Assembly (NCBI GenBank): GCA_964624415.1
Contig: CAZUWR010000002.1
Span: 76,454 to 140,453, forward strand
Length of the DNA stretch: 64,000 nucleotides
Source of the DNA: an uncultured Bdellovibrionales bacterium
GTDB taxonomy: Bacteria > Patescibacteriota > Minisyncoccia > Moranbacterales > UBA1568
Direction: 5' to 3'
The notes under the pieces are model-generated. The model did not search any database. It was not told the origin of the DNA and was given only the letters and a program-made list of their open reading frames with translations. The position numbers were made by a program, and so were the translations under genes. Positions 8,813 through 18,103 of this stretch are shown in pieces. Numbering within the stretch: the first letter of the stretch is position 1; each line of letters starts with the position of its first letter.

Positions 8813-9961
8813 ATGAAACTCATTTGCACACAGGAAAATTTACGAAAAGCAATTGCGGCAGCAGAGCGCGCCGTGGGTCGTCAGAGCACACTGCCGATTT
8901 TGGGCAACTTTTTGCTCGAAACCGAAAACGGACGACTCAAACTTTCCGCAACCAATCTTGAGATCGGTGTTATCGCGCGCGTCGGAGCCAAGATCGAATC
9001 CGACGGACGCATCACCATTCCTGCCAAACTGATGAGCAATTTTATCAGCAATCTTCCCTCGGGAGACACCATCGTGTTGGAATCGGAAGGACAGTCCTTG
9101 AAAATATCCAGCGGCGGATACTCGGTCAAGATCAAGGGATTGGACGCCCAAGAATTCCCATTGATACCGCAGCATCATGGGACGCAATTTCTCACTATTC
9201 CGGCGCAGCCACTGCGCATCGCGTTGTCCAAGCTCTTGCCGTGCGTCGCGCTCAATGAAGCTCGTTTGGAATTGACCGGTGTCAATATCATTTTCGCAGA
9301 AAACTCGATGTGTTTGGCCTCGACGGACAGTTTCCGTTTGGCGGAAGAGAGCATCGCTTTGGATGGCAATAACGTCGCCAGTGTCGCCTCCTCATTCCCT
9401 CAAGGATCATGCATTATTCCAGCCGCTACCTTCTCTGAGGTATCCCGAGTGATCAGTCCGGAGAGCAAGGAAGTCAAGCTTGCTTTCGAGGAAAATCAGA
9501 TTTTTTTCGAGGTGGACGGTGTACAAATTCTCTCGCGCCTAGTGAGCGGAAAATTCCCGGATTACAAGCAAATTATTCCCGAGCAATTCGCTTTGCAGGC
9601 CATTGTGTCTCGCGAGGACTTACTTCGCGCGGTCAAAATCGCGACCGTCTTCACCTCGCAGACCTCGCAGGAGCTTGTGTTTCGCGTTGATCCGCAGGCC
9701 GGACAGATCGTCATTGAGTCCCGCTCGCAGGAAATGGGAGAAAATCAAACTATCTTGCAGGCAGATATTGCCAGTGATATCCCGCTTGAGATGGTGTTTA
9801 ATCCAAAATATATCCTCGATGGTATCAATACGATAGCGACGTCCCGTATCGCGCTTTTGGCCAATGAAAGCACCACGCCAGCGGCGCTGAAAACAGTCGA
9901 CGAGGAAACCGGAACCGTATCGGGGGAGTATGTGTATATCATTATGCCGATCCGGAATTAA
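8813..9961 (+). CDS. dnaN: DNA polymerase III beta subunit (sliding clamp)
   Basis: ORF 8696..9961. N-terminal 39 codons overlap repeat A3, so start set at MKLICTQENLRKAI (ATG 8813), the typical DnaN N-terminus. Confidence 0.85.
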   Translation: MKLICTQENLRKAIAAAERAVGRQSTLPILGNFLLETENGRLKLSATNLEIGVIARVGAKIESDGRITIPAKLMSNFISNLPSGDTIVLESEGQSLKISSGGYSVKIKGLDAQEFPLIPQHHGTQFLTIPAQPLRIALSKLLPCVALNEARLELTGVNIIFAENSMCLASTDSFRLAEESIALDGNNVASVASSFPQGSCIIPAATFSEVSRVISPESKEVKLAFEENQIFFEVDGVQILSRLVSGKFPDYKQIIPEQFALQAIVSREDLLRAVKIATVFTSQTSQELVFRVDPQAGQIVIESRSQEMGENQTILQADIASDIPLEMVFNPKYILDGINTIATSRIALLANESTTPAALKTVDEETGTVSGEYVYIIMPIRN

Positions 9962-9966
9962 AATAG

Positions 9967-10089
9967 AGTTCCTTTGAGTATATATCTTCCGCCGGGTACA
10001 GGATATTTTTCTGCTGAAAAATTCCTTGCGCGCTCGCCCCGCCGGGCTGCGCGAGCCCCCTTGCGAAAGACATATACGCAAAGGAACGT
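9967..10089. repeat. Structured intergenic repeat family A, divergent copy A4 (dnaN-DUF721 spacer)
   Basis: Arms agttcctttgagtatatatcttc / aagacatatacgcaaaggaacgt. Core retains ggatatttttctgctgaaaaattcc and GC-rich hairpin cgctcgccccgccgggctgcgcgagc. Confidence 0.7.
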
Positions 10090-10103
10090 CACTCTTTAAG
10101 GCT

Positions 10104-10406
10104 ATGCAAAAAATCGGAAGCCTTCTCATGCAAACCTATCAGGAGCGTGTTGCCAAGATAGTCCTTGACGACCAGACGGTTTTCTTTATCTTCCGAAAGA
10201 TTGTCGCTCAAGAATACGGTGCTCGCGGGGAACGGTATATCGAACCGAGGTATTATAAAAACAAGAAGCTGTTTGTTGCGGCCAAAAATTCGCTCTGGAT
10301 GAGCGAGTTGCAGCTCAGTCGGCAACATTTTATGGATGCTATCAACAAAGAGCTCGGCTCTGAAGCGGTGGTAGAAATAAAAGTAGAGAGCAGTTTTGCT
10401 TCGTAA
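10104..10406 (+). CDS. DUF721 (DciA-like) protein
   Basis: ~100 aa from MQKIGSLL. Pattern F.KIVAQEYGARGERYIEPRYYKNKKLFVAAKNSLWMSELQ...INKELG fits DUF721 consensus. Position right after dnaN is typical. Confidence 0.55.
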   Translation: MQKIGSLLMQTYQERVAKIVLDDQTVFFIFRKIVAQEYGARGERYIEPRYYKNKKLFVAAKNSLWMSELQLSRQHFMDAINKELGSEAVVEIKVESSFAS

Positions 10407-10416
10407 TAAAAAATAT

Positions 10417-10986
10417 ATGGAGAATGTTGAGAATAAGGTCGTTCAAACGCAGGAGACTTTTCTTGAAAGCCTCGCATTTCGCATAGCCAAAGGCCTGGGA
10501 TCGGCCGGATCGCTTATCGTGCACACTTTCTTATTCATCGGTATTTTCAGCTTGCGCTGGGTTGGATTCAATGTGGAGCAGATTCTTTTGATACTAACAA
10601 CCGTCGTGTCGCTCGAAGCGATCTATATGTCCATCTTCATCCAGATGACGGTCAACCGTCATGCGGAAGGACTCTCCGAGGTGCATCAGCATATCGAAGA
10701 AATATCCGATGATGTGGATGAAATTCAAGAGGACATCGAGGATATCCAGACCGAAGTGAAAGAGATCGGTGATGATGTGGAGGGCATTCAGACGGAGGTG
10801 AAAGAGATTGGAGAGGACGTGGATGAGATCTCCGAGGACATCGAGGATATCCAGGAAGACATTTCCGAGGATGCGACGGAAGAGGAAATCGACAAAAAAC
10901 ACCACGACGCTACGAACGAAAAATTGGAAAAAATTGAAGAAACCTTGCATCGACTGCTGGCGGATATCGAGGGGTTGAAGAAGTAG
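10417..10986 (+). CDS. DUF1003-like membrane protein with acidic tandem-repeat C-terminus
   Basis: Two TM helices and conserved LEAIYMSIFIQMTVNRHAE segment. C-terminal 42-nt tandem repeats (10690..10880) encode EEISDDVDEIQEDIEDIQTEVKEIG-type repeats. Confidence 0.55.
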   Translation: MENVENKVVQTQETFLESLAFRIAKGLGSAGSLIVHTFLFIGIFSLRWVGFNVEQILLILTTVVSLEAIYMSIFIQMTVNRHAEGLSEVHQHIEEISDDVDEIQEDIEDIQTEVKEIGDDVEGIQTEVKEIGEDVDEISEDIEDIQEDISEDATEEEIDKKHHDATNEKLEKIEETLHRLLADIEGLKK

Positions 10987-11083
10987 AATTGAAATACAAA
11001 GGTTTTTCAAAATACCTATGCAAGTATAAGCGTAGTATATACAGGTTTATTAACTACCTACATAGATTTAAAATTCTGATACA

Positions 11084-11116
11084 TAAAAAACAGACTTATG
11101 AAAAAGTCTGTTTTTC
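11084..11116. terminator. Bidirectional intrinsic terminator between convergent genes
   Basis: aaaaaacagactt-atgaaaa-agtctgtttttcg. 9 bp stem, A-run and T-run on either side. Confidence 0.65.
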
Positions 11117-11136
11117 GCATTGAAAGCAAGCATTCC

Positions 11137-11382
11137 TTAGATAGGGTTTCCTCCACCATCGTCGCAGCCGGTGGTCGGGCTGGCGACAGTGTCTCCATGT
11201 CCGAGATGGGCATCGAGGCTGTGCCAATTCACTTCGATGTTCACGATAGGATTGGTTTCGGATCCGGTTACGTGGCAGACAGAGACCTTGTCAGAGGAGA
11301 TTTGAATGGAAGCTTGAGCGATGCTTGTGCCTACGCCGCCGCTTACGACTAATGCCAGTATTGCCAATAAAATTTTGCGCAT
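11137..11382 (-). CDS. Small secreted hypothetical protein
   Basis: Start at MRKILLAILALVVSGG (signal peptide). ~81 aa. No recognisable family. Confidence 0.4.
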   Translation of the reverse strand: MRKILLAILALVVSGGVGTSIAQASIQISSDKVSVCHVTGSETNPIVNIEVNWHSLDAHLGHGDTVASPTTGCDDGGGNPI

Positions 11383-11486
11383 ATATTTGTTTTGAAAAAG
11401 GCGGATTATGCGTGCGAATAATCTATCGACCCTTGTGTTTAGTATATCGATAAAAAAACATCGATGCAAAGAAGTGGCGAGCGGCT

Positions 11487-14027
11487 TTAAAAATGCACTG
11501 ATACCGATTTGGAATCGCTGACGGTATTGCCATTGTCGTCGGTGAGGGTGGCTTTGACGCTGAGAGTGGAGTTGTTTTTTTCGGTAGGGATGGTGTAGCT
11601 TATTGAAGGATTACTGCTGCCGCTCGAGCCGATGTCGGTTCCGTCGACCGAGAACACGACGCTCTTGGTGCCGTGCGGCGCGTCGGTGCTGGTTGATAAT
11701 GTTATAGTATTGGATGCAGTGTCACCTGGTACAGAGAGGCTGATACTTGGCAGGTACTTGGAGAAATCACTTTCCTTGCACTCATTGGTTGGAACATCGC
11801 CCACGATGATATGCTTGCTATTATCCTTGTCGTTGTACCATTCCTTGACGCCCTTTTCCCATTGTTTGTATTGCGAATCATTGCTTGGTTTGTCGGGAAT
11901 AGCCCCGCGAGGATCGCTTGGATTGACGTAAAAAAGGATATCGTGGCCGCTGACAAAGGTTTTTTTGTCCGCCTCACTGTCGGGACAGTATTTATTAGCG
12001 AGACAGTAAGTATCTTTTTTCCCCGGTATGGAGCAGACTTTTAGGTCTTTAGCCTCGTCGAGTTTGCCATCAAGCATCGGTTTATTGGTTTTGCCGTCGC
12101 TATCGCCGATCTCATCTTCGGGATTGTATTTCGGGAAGTCTTCGATAGCGGAATTGGCGAGAGCTTTGTCCATAAAGGCGCGCCAAATAGGAGCAGCAAC
12201 GACAGATCCGTCAGCGCCTGTGGACATCTCTTCATTTTTGCTATTGCCCACCCAGACACCGGCCGAGAGCGATGGGGTGTACCCGATAGTCCAGGCATCA
12301 TGAAAACCATTGGTCGTACCGGTTTTGGCAACCAGCGGACGATTGTCGGATCGGAGAGGGTTGTTGTCACCGAATACCCACGCACGGTTGTCGTTGTTGG
12401 AAAGCACTGAGTCGAGCATGGCGACATATTTTTCATCAACGACGCGTTCGCCAGGAGTGTCTTTGTATTCCTCCAGGATAGCGCCCTTACTATCTTCGAT
12501 TTTCATAATGGCGGTTTGCGGGTGCTTCACACCGCCGGTTGCCAATGTTCCGTAAGCGCTGACGTGATCGAGGAGTTTAACCTCACCGCCACCGAGCACG
12601 AGCGAGAGACCGTAACGATCAGGCTCATTGAGCGAAGTGATACCGAGGTTTTTCGCCATAATGATAGCGTCCTTGGCACCGGCCAGATAGAGTGTTTTGA
12701 CGGCGGGAATATTGAGCGATCCGCCGAGCGCTTTAGCTAAGGAAATCGGGCCGTGGAATTTGCCATCGTAGTTATTCGGAGTATAATCCTTGCCGTCTTC
12801 GGTGGAAAAATTGGTAGCAACATCATACAGCATCGTTTCCGGAAGGTATCCTTTGACAAAAGCTGTTAGGTAAACATACGGCTTAAAGGAAGATCCTGGT
12901 TGCCGATCGCGTATAGCCACATTGACCTGACCGTCGATGGAGGCGTCCCAGTAATTTTTGGAACCGACCATAGCGAGAATCTGACCTGTTTTGGGATCGA
13001 TGGCGACGAGTGCTGCATTGTTGGCTTTATAGCGGGTGTTTTTTGCTGCACCGTCAGCGACGGCTTTTTCAGCCGCTTGCTGTTTATCCCAATCGAGCGT
13101 GGTGTAGATCTTCAGACCGCCTTGCTCAATGGATTGATCGCCGTATTTGGAAGCGAGGTATTCTTTGATGAACATTACGAAATGCGGCGCCTGGATGTTT
13201 TCAGCCTGCGGTTTGAGTTTTGCGAGTACGTCGATTTGTTTGGCGGTATCAGCTTGGTCTTGGGTGATATAGCCGAGCGTGGCCATTTTTTGTAAAGCGA
13301 ACTCTTGGCGTCCTTTGAGCGCGTCGGTGTGCGAACCATAGGGCGAATAGTAGGTGGGTGCGTTCGGAAGCGCTGCCAGCAGAGCTGATTCATCCAAAGA
13401 AAGGTCTCTCGCTGATTTACCGAAAAAGGTTTGTGACGCAGCCTCAATACCGTACGCATTGGATCCGTAAGGGATTTCATTGAGGTACATTGCGAGAATC
13501 TCATCTTTGGAGAACTTCGTTTCCATCTCAATCGACAAAATAACCTCCTTTATTTTTCGGGTAATGGTCTTCTCCGGAGAGAGGAGGGAGTTTTTGACGA
13601 ATTGCTGAGTGATGGTGGACCCTCCTTGCCTTGCGCCTCGATGTAACACATCGGCGAGGATGGCCCGGATAATAGAAGTGAATTTGATACCGTGATGCGA
13701 ATAGAAATCCTGATCTTCAAGGGTAATGGTGGCGGTACGCACTACCTCTGGCATATCCGAAAAAGAGATGAGCGTGCGTTTTTCTTCCCCGTGCACCTCA
13801 TAGAGCAGGTGATCACCGGTTCGGTCGTAGATCTTGGTCGATTCGGCGATAAATCGATCATTGACCTTGCCAGGGCTCGGTAGGTCTTTGGCGAAGTAGA
13901 TGAAGAAACCGACAAGCAAAACCAGCGAGCCGATGGCAAGACCGGCGATGCTCATCCAAGTTATTTTCCAGACTTTCTTACGCATGTGGCGGCGTCTCGA
14001 TAACGGTCCCGGGGATGTTGTATCCAT
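11487..14027 (-). CDS. Penicillin-binding protein 1A (class A: GT51 transglycosylase + transpeptidase) with long C-terminal extension
   Basis: EDQDFYSHHGI, GGSTITQQFVKN transglycosylase motifs. SxxK/SxN-type transpeptidase region. N-terminal TM anchor. Start may be internal Met at 13985. Confidence 0.85.
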   Translation of the reverse strand: MDTTSPGPLSRRRHMRKKVWKITWMSIAGLAIGSLVLLVGFFIYFAKDLPSPGKVNDRFIAESTKIYDRTGDHLLYEVHGEEKRTLISFSDMPEVVRTATITLEDQDFYSHHGIKFTSIIRAILADVLHRGARQGGSTITQQFVKNSLLSPEKTITRKIKEVILSIEMETKFSKDEILAMYLNEIPYGSNAYGIEAASQTFFGKSARDLSLDESALLAALPNAPTYYSPYGSHTDALKGRQEFALQKMATLGYITQDQADTAKQIDVLAKLKPQAENIQAPHFVMFIKEYLASKYGDQSIEQGGLKIYTTLDWDKQQAAEKAVADGAAKNTRYKANNAALVAIDPKTGQILAMVGSKNYWDASIDGQVNVAIRDRQPGSSFKPYVYLTAFVKGYLPETMLYDVATNFSTEDGKDYTPNNYDGKFHGPISLAKALGGSLNIPAVKTLYLAGAKDAIIMAKNLGITSLNEPDRYGLSLVLGGGEVKLLDHVSAYGTLATGGVKHPQTAIMKIEDSKGAILEEYKDTPGERVVDEKYVAMLDSVLSNNDNRAWVFGDNNPLRSDNRPLVAKTGTTNGFHDAWTIGYTPSLSAGVWVGNSKNEEMSTGADGSVVAAPIWRAFMDKALANSAIEDFPKYNPEDEIGDSDGKTNKPMLDGKLDEAKDLKVCSIPGKKDTYCLANKYCPDSEADKKTFVSGHDILFYVNPSDPRGAIPDKPSNDSQYKQWEKGVKEWYNDKDNSKHIIVGDVPTNECKESDFSKYLPSISLSVPGDTASNTITLSTSTDAPHGTKSVVFSVDGTDIGSSGSSNPSISYTIPTEKNNSTLSVKATLTDDNGNTVSDSKSVSVHF

Positions 14028-14130
14028 AAAAAAAGAGTTAGTAGAAGTATGTTCATTATATCACAAAGAGGCTTTTTTGAGGAGTAAGTAAGAGAAAAAG
14101 CCGCGATTGAATAATATGTGTCATAATGTA

Positions 14131-14159
14131 TTGACAAAACAGAGAGCATCTGCTATACT
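14131..14159 (+). promoter_or_regulatory. Sigma70-type promoter TTGACA-N17-TATACT
   Basis: Perfect -35 (14131..14136), 17 nt spacer, -10 TATACT (14154..14159). Drives a short transcript ending at terminator 14266..14296. Confidence 0.55.
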
Positions 14160-14165
14160 GGTCTT

Positions 14166-14296
14166 TAAAGTACCTGATATTGTGGGCATTGTGAGGGTTG
14201 CGGAGCGGTCTTCGTACCTCTCGCAGTGCTTGGAATCCAAAATATTTTTTTGATGAATAAAAGACAAAAACCCGCATCATGTATGCGGGTTTTTGT
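14166..14296 (+). ncRNA. Candidate small RNA or 5' leader/attenuator (promoter-to-terminator unit ~130 nt)
   Basis: Bounded by consensus promoter and strong intrinsic terminator cccgcat-catgt-atgcggg+TTTTT (14266..14296). No ORF inside. 120 bp upstream of ATP-grasp gene. Class not recognised. Confidence 0.35.
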
Positions 14297-14419
14297 GTAT
14301 TTGGAGGACGTATTCAAGAAAATATCCAAAAAAACTTGACTTTTATAATAAAATATTGTATTGTTAATAATCAAGCAAAAGGTTTGTTTGTGCCGTAATC
14401 AGGATAAGAAACAGACCCT

Positions 14420-15367
14420 ATGAAAAAAAATCCACCAATTATCAAAAACGCCGTATTGGCTATGGGAGGCACCATTGAAGAGTTTATTCCTGAGAGAGGG
14501 TGTTTTTACATCAATATCGAAGGAAAGCGCATTTTTCTTGAGAGAAAAATTTCATTGACCCGCCAAACCTGTGGTGCGGGGCAGTTGACAAGGTGTAAGG
14601 ATGTGACGTATAAACTGCTTTCCAAGAATAATTTACCAACGCCGAAAACCGAGTGTTTTTATAAGAAAAGCTATACTAAAGAACATGCCGAAAGGCAGCT
14701 AGGTGCGCTCCAGTATCCTATTGTAATAAAGGATGCGAGCGGATCCCAATGTAAAGGCGTATTCTCATTTATTAGAAACCTTTCTGATGCGATGATACTC
14801 ATTGAACGGGAACTCCCTCGTTATCGCAGTATGATCGCCCAAGAAATGGTCTTTGGGAAAGAATATCGTGTACTGGTGTTGGATGAAAAAGTGATTGGTG
14901 CTTTAGAGCTTATATCCCCCTACATCGTTGGGGATGGAGTATCGACTGTGCAAGAAATTATCAAAAGAAAGCAGTATACATCGGAATGGAAAACAGAATT
15001 TTATGATGGACTCGAAGCAATATTAAAGGATCAAGATGTTACGCTGGAAAGTATTGTTCCGAAGAATACAATCATATACATCAAACAAGAATCAGCACGA
15101 ACGGAGGCATGGAAAATGAGGGATGTTACGGGTGATGTGCATAAAGACGTTGAAAAAATATGTGTTGCTGCTTCCAAGGCGGTTGGGAAATATCTCGTCG
15201 GTATCGATGTTATTTGTACCGATATATCTCAAGACCCATTGAAACAGCCCTTTACTATTCTCGAAATAAACGGCAAACCGGATCTGTATATTCACTATAA
15301 CCCTACGCATGGACACACGAGGAATGTAGTGGAGGACATCGTGAAGTTTATGATAAAGACCGCTTAA
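14420..15367 (+). CDS. ATP-grasp family ligase
   Basis: 315 aa. ATP-grasp fold pattern (K-rich ATP-binding strand YPIVIKDASGSQCKGV, EYRVLVLDEKVIGA, ILEINGKPDL). Divergent from a second ATP-grasp gene. Confidence 0.6.
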   Translation: MKKNPPIIKNAVLAMGGTIEEFIPERGCFYINIEGKRIFLERKISLTRQTCGAGQLTRCKDVTYKLLSKNNLPTPKTECFYKKSYTKEHAERQLGALQYPIVIKDASGSQCKGVFSFIRNLSDAMILIERELPRYRSMIAQEMVFGKEYRVLVLDEKVIGALELISPYIVGDGVSTVQEIIKRKQYTSEWKTEFYDGLEAILKDQDVTLESIVPKNTIIYIKQESARTEAWKMRDVTGDVHKDVEKICVAASKAVGKYLVGIDVICTDISQDPLKQPFTILEINGKPDLYIHYNPTHGHTRNVVEDIVKFMIKTA

Positions 15368-15396
15368 GAAGCTTTCGAAAAGCTGTAAGCGCCGTC

Positions 15397-16788
15397 TTAC
15401 TTATTTACATCGATCAAGAATTTCCGCAGATTGCGTTTGCCGATGATGACCGGGTATTCCAGGTGAGCTCGATCAATGATTGTCACCTTGGCGAGTATAT
15501 GAATATCATCTATATCCATTTCAACAGGCACAACGACACGATAGGTGGTACCGTGGGATGATTTGACGGGGACGGTACCGATGACATGCGGAATATGCTC
15601 GAACATTTTCCAGCGTTCTTTTCGGGAAAGTTCTGACAGCTCGCTCCATTCTTTGGCTACGCGAAGATATTCCTTCACGGTTTCTTCGAAGCCGAGCGTT
15701 TTGGCGAGTTCCAGATCGATAGCGGTCGAGTCGGCGCCGGTGTCTATTTTGGCTTCTGCATCAATGATTCTTCCATCGATACCGGTGAGTTTGATTTTTG
15801 CGACGGTACCGATAATTTTTTTACCGGAAATCTCTTCGATTTCTTCTTGGATTTCTCCTCCGAACAAATCCATTCCCATACGGACACCCCGCAAGACGCT
15901 TTTGACCTTCAATCCTTTGACGCGCTCGAGGCGAGTCTTGAGACCATCGTCGTTCGCGGCCTGAATAGAGAGTCCTGGCCTTGCATTGAGCTCGAGGAAA
16001 ACCGGTCCGCGTTCGCGATCGATGGCGATATCAGCGCCCAAAAATCCGAGACCGGAGACTTGTTGAGCCCGGACGGCCATAGTGAGGATATCTTTCCAAT
16101 AGGGAATCTTGATACCGGAAAGCGCGAGCCTGGTCCCGGGGGCGTACTCGATGAATTTCCCTTTACCTAAGACAGCGGTCGTGGTGGTCCCGGAGGCAAG
16201 GTCGATGCCCAGTCCTATAGCGCCCTGTTGAAGGTTGGCTTTTCCGCCGGATTCTTTGGTCGGGAGACGGAGCATAGCCATGACGGGTATATTGTTGAAA
16301 ACGATGACGCGGATATCGGGGATACCCTTGTAGGCATAGGGTTTGAAGAGTTTGAGCAGCGTGAGCCGTTCTTCAAAGAAGGCGGTGTCAGGCGTACCTG
16401 ACAGAGAGAATGAGCCATCGAGGATATTGCGGATATGAGCCTGAATATCGTCGAGTGTAAGAGAAGATCCATTGGCCTTGACCCAGACATCGCCGGTCTT
16501 TTTTTTACCATACACCACAACGATACCTTCGCCTCCGAAGCCTCGATTCGGCTTGAGCGCGAAACTCGATGGGAGCTTACTCCAATCGAACCGTTCCAAT
16601 TCTTCTACGGTAGAGATTTTAGCGATAAGGCGAGGTGTCGGGAGATCATGCTTATTAAGGACCCGTTTGCAGAGAATTTTGTTATCAGAAATCCGCTTGC
16701 CGCGAGCACGGTTATACGGACGTATGTAATCGAGGTTTCGAGCATTCATCCCGAGTATACCCTGACTTTTGACGAAGGCTTCAAACAT
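15397..16788 (-). CDS. RimK-like (alpha-L-glutamate-ligase-related) ATP-grasp fused to C-terminal retropepsin-like aspartic protease domain
   Basis: N-terminus GILGMNARNLDYIRPYNRARGKRISDNKILCKRVL matches RimK-related ATP-grasp N-terminal signature. C-terminal ~140 aa contains KIDTGADSTAID (D-T-G-A aspartyl protease motif, 'putative ATP-dependent zinc protease' family). Confidence 0.6.
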   Translation of the reverse strand: MFEAFVKSQGILGMNARNLDYIRPYNRARGKRISDNKILCKRVLNKHDLPTPRLIAKISTVEELERFDWSKLPSSFALKPNRGFGGEGIVVVYGKKKTGDVWVKANGSSLTLDDIQAHIRNILDGSFSLSGTPDTAFFEERLTLLKLFKPYAYKGIPDIRVIVFNNIPVMAMLRLPTKESGGKANLQQGAIGLGIDLASGTTTTAVLGKGKFIEYAPGTRLALSGIKIPYWKDILTMAVRAQQVSGLGFLGADIAIDRERGPVFLELNARPGLSIQAANDDGLKTRLERVKGLKVKSVLRGVRMGMDLFGGEIQEEIEEISGKKIIGTVAKIKLTGIDGRIIDAEAKIDTGADSTAIDLELAKTLGFEETVKEYLRVAKEWSELSELSRKERWKMFEHIPHVIGTVPVKSSHGTTYRVVVPVEMDIDDIHILAKVTIIDRAHLEYPVIIGKRNLRKFLIDVNK

Positions 16789-16826
16789 AAAAAAGTGTAT
16801 TATATCTCAAAAAGAATCGCGATATT

Positions 16827-17480
16827 TTATTGCGTGAAGATTTTTCGGAAGCGAAGGTATTCCGTGATGCGAAGTCCTGTCCATTTGCCCAACCAAAAAT
16901 TGACCGGGATGGTGAGGAGCACTACCCACGGGTGGGCGATGATGAGTTCGATAAGCACGTGGTAACGGACGATCGAGTAACAGACAAGCGAGATACCCAG
17001 GGTTTCGAGCGCGAGTATGATGGCGGTTTTGTCTCCTTTTTCAATCTGAGTGGCGACGAATTTCTCGACCAACGTGATCATAATCAGGAGTGGGAAAATC
17101 GAGACCGAAGCAAGTCCTGTACGGCTGAAGGAGCCGCCGATAACGAGCACAGTGAGTGTGCTCAAGGCCACAATAGTGAGTGTCAGGGCGACGCGCGGCA
17201 GGTAGAGCAATCTGAATCGTCTCAGCACGATGCGCGAGAGCATGCCGGTGATAATGATAGTGAAAAAAATCGCTATGCCGTATTTGATTCCCTTCGGGTC
17301 GAATGCGAGGAAGGCAAAAGTGACGATAGAGGGCGTGTAGATACCAAAGGCTTTAATCCCGACGATTTGACGAAAGAGCGCTACCAGCGTGGCCACGACC
17401 GGGAGAGCAAGAAGCAAAACGATGGTATCGAGCGGGACGCCCTGCTGAAGGAAGAAATCAATGAGTGGGTGCACGGTCAT
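16827..17480 (-). CDS. 7-TM integral membrane protein (7TM module associated with RimK-like ATP-grasp systems)
   Basis: 217 aa, ~7 hydrophobic helices, immediately downstream of the ATP-grasp/retropepsin gene on the same strand. Confidence 0.5.
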   Translation of the reverse strand: MTVHPLIDFFLQQGVPLDTIVLLLALPVVATLVALFRQIVGIKAFGIYTPSIVTFAFLAFDPKGIKYGIAIFFTIIITGMLSRIVLRRFRLLYLPRVALTLTIVALSTLTVLVIGGSFSRTGLASVSIFPLLIMITLVEKFVATQIEKGDKTAIILALETLGISLVCYSIVRYHVLIELIIAHPWVVLLTIPVNFWLGKWTGLRITEYLRFRKIFTQ

Positions 17481-17521
17481 ACGAATATATGATGATGAAT
17501 TAAGGGAAACATCTCTCTGAA

Positions 17522-18007
17522 TTAGTGTAAAATATTCATTTTTCGGCTATTGATATGACACAGCGCCAGTGCAAGCGCATCGGCGGTGTCATCGGGCTTG
17601 GGAATAGCATCGAGCTTGAGGATGTTTTTGACCATCAGCTGCACCTGTTTCTTTTCGGCTCTACCATACCCCGTAAGAGACTGTTTTACCTGAAGGGGAG
17701 TGTATTCGAACATCCTAACCCGTAATGACTCCAGCGTCAAGAGAATGGCACCTCTCGCCTGACTGACTGACATCACTGTTTTGACGTTTTTGAAAAAGAA
17801 AAGTTCTTCGACGGAAGATTCATCAGGATGATGCGTGTTGATAATATCAGTAAGGTCGCGCGAAATCTCGAGCAGGCGTTCGGAAAGAGAGCGGTCTTTG
17901 GAGGTGCTGATATGGCCGTAAGCCAAGGGTGTCAGCTGACCCTTGATTTCTTCGATAATCGCCCAGCCGACGATAGCTGTGCCGGGGTCTATGCCGAGAA
18001 TTTTCAT
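17522..18007 (-). CDS. ruvC: Holliday junction resolvase RuvC
   Basis: MKILGIDPGTAIVGWAII... canonical RuvC N-terminus and catalytic Asp residues. Confidence 0.85.
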   Translation of the reverse strand: MKILGIDPGTAIVGWAIIEEIKGQLTPLAYGHISTSKDRSLSERLLEISRDLTDIINTHHPDESSVEELFFFKNVKTVMSVSQARGAILLTLESLRVRMFEYTPLQVKQSLTGYGRAEKKQVQLMVKNILKLDAIPKPDDTADALALALCHINSRKMNILH

Positions 18008-18103
18008 ACAACGAGAATCAATGAGCAATTAGCAGTTAACAATTAACGGATACTATATGAGGCGAGAATTTCGTTGATTGTTAATTGTTTTTTGTTGATT
18101 GCC

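Noticed and set aside
10690-10880. Tandem 42-nt repeats as a possible CRISPR/VNTR locus
   Set aside because: They lie in-frame inside the DUF1003-like gene and encode an acidic coiled-coil-like repeat; no spacer-repeat architecture.
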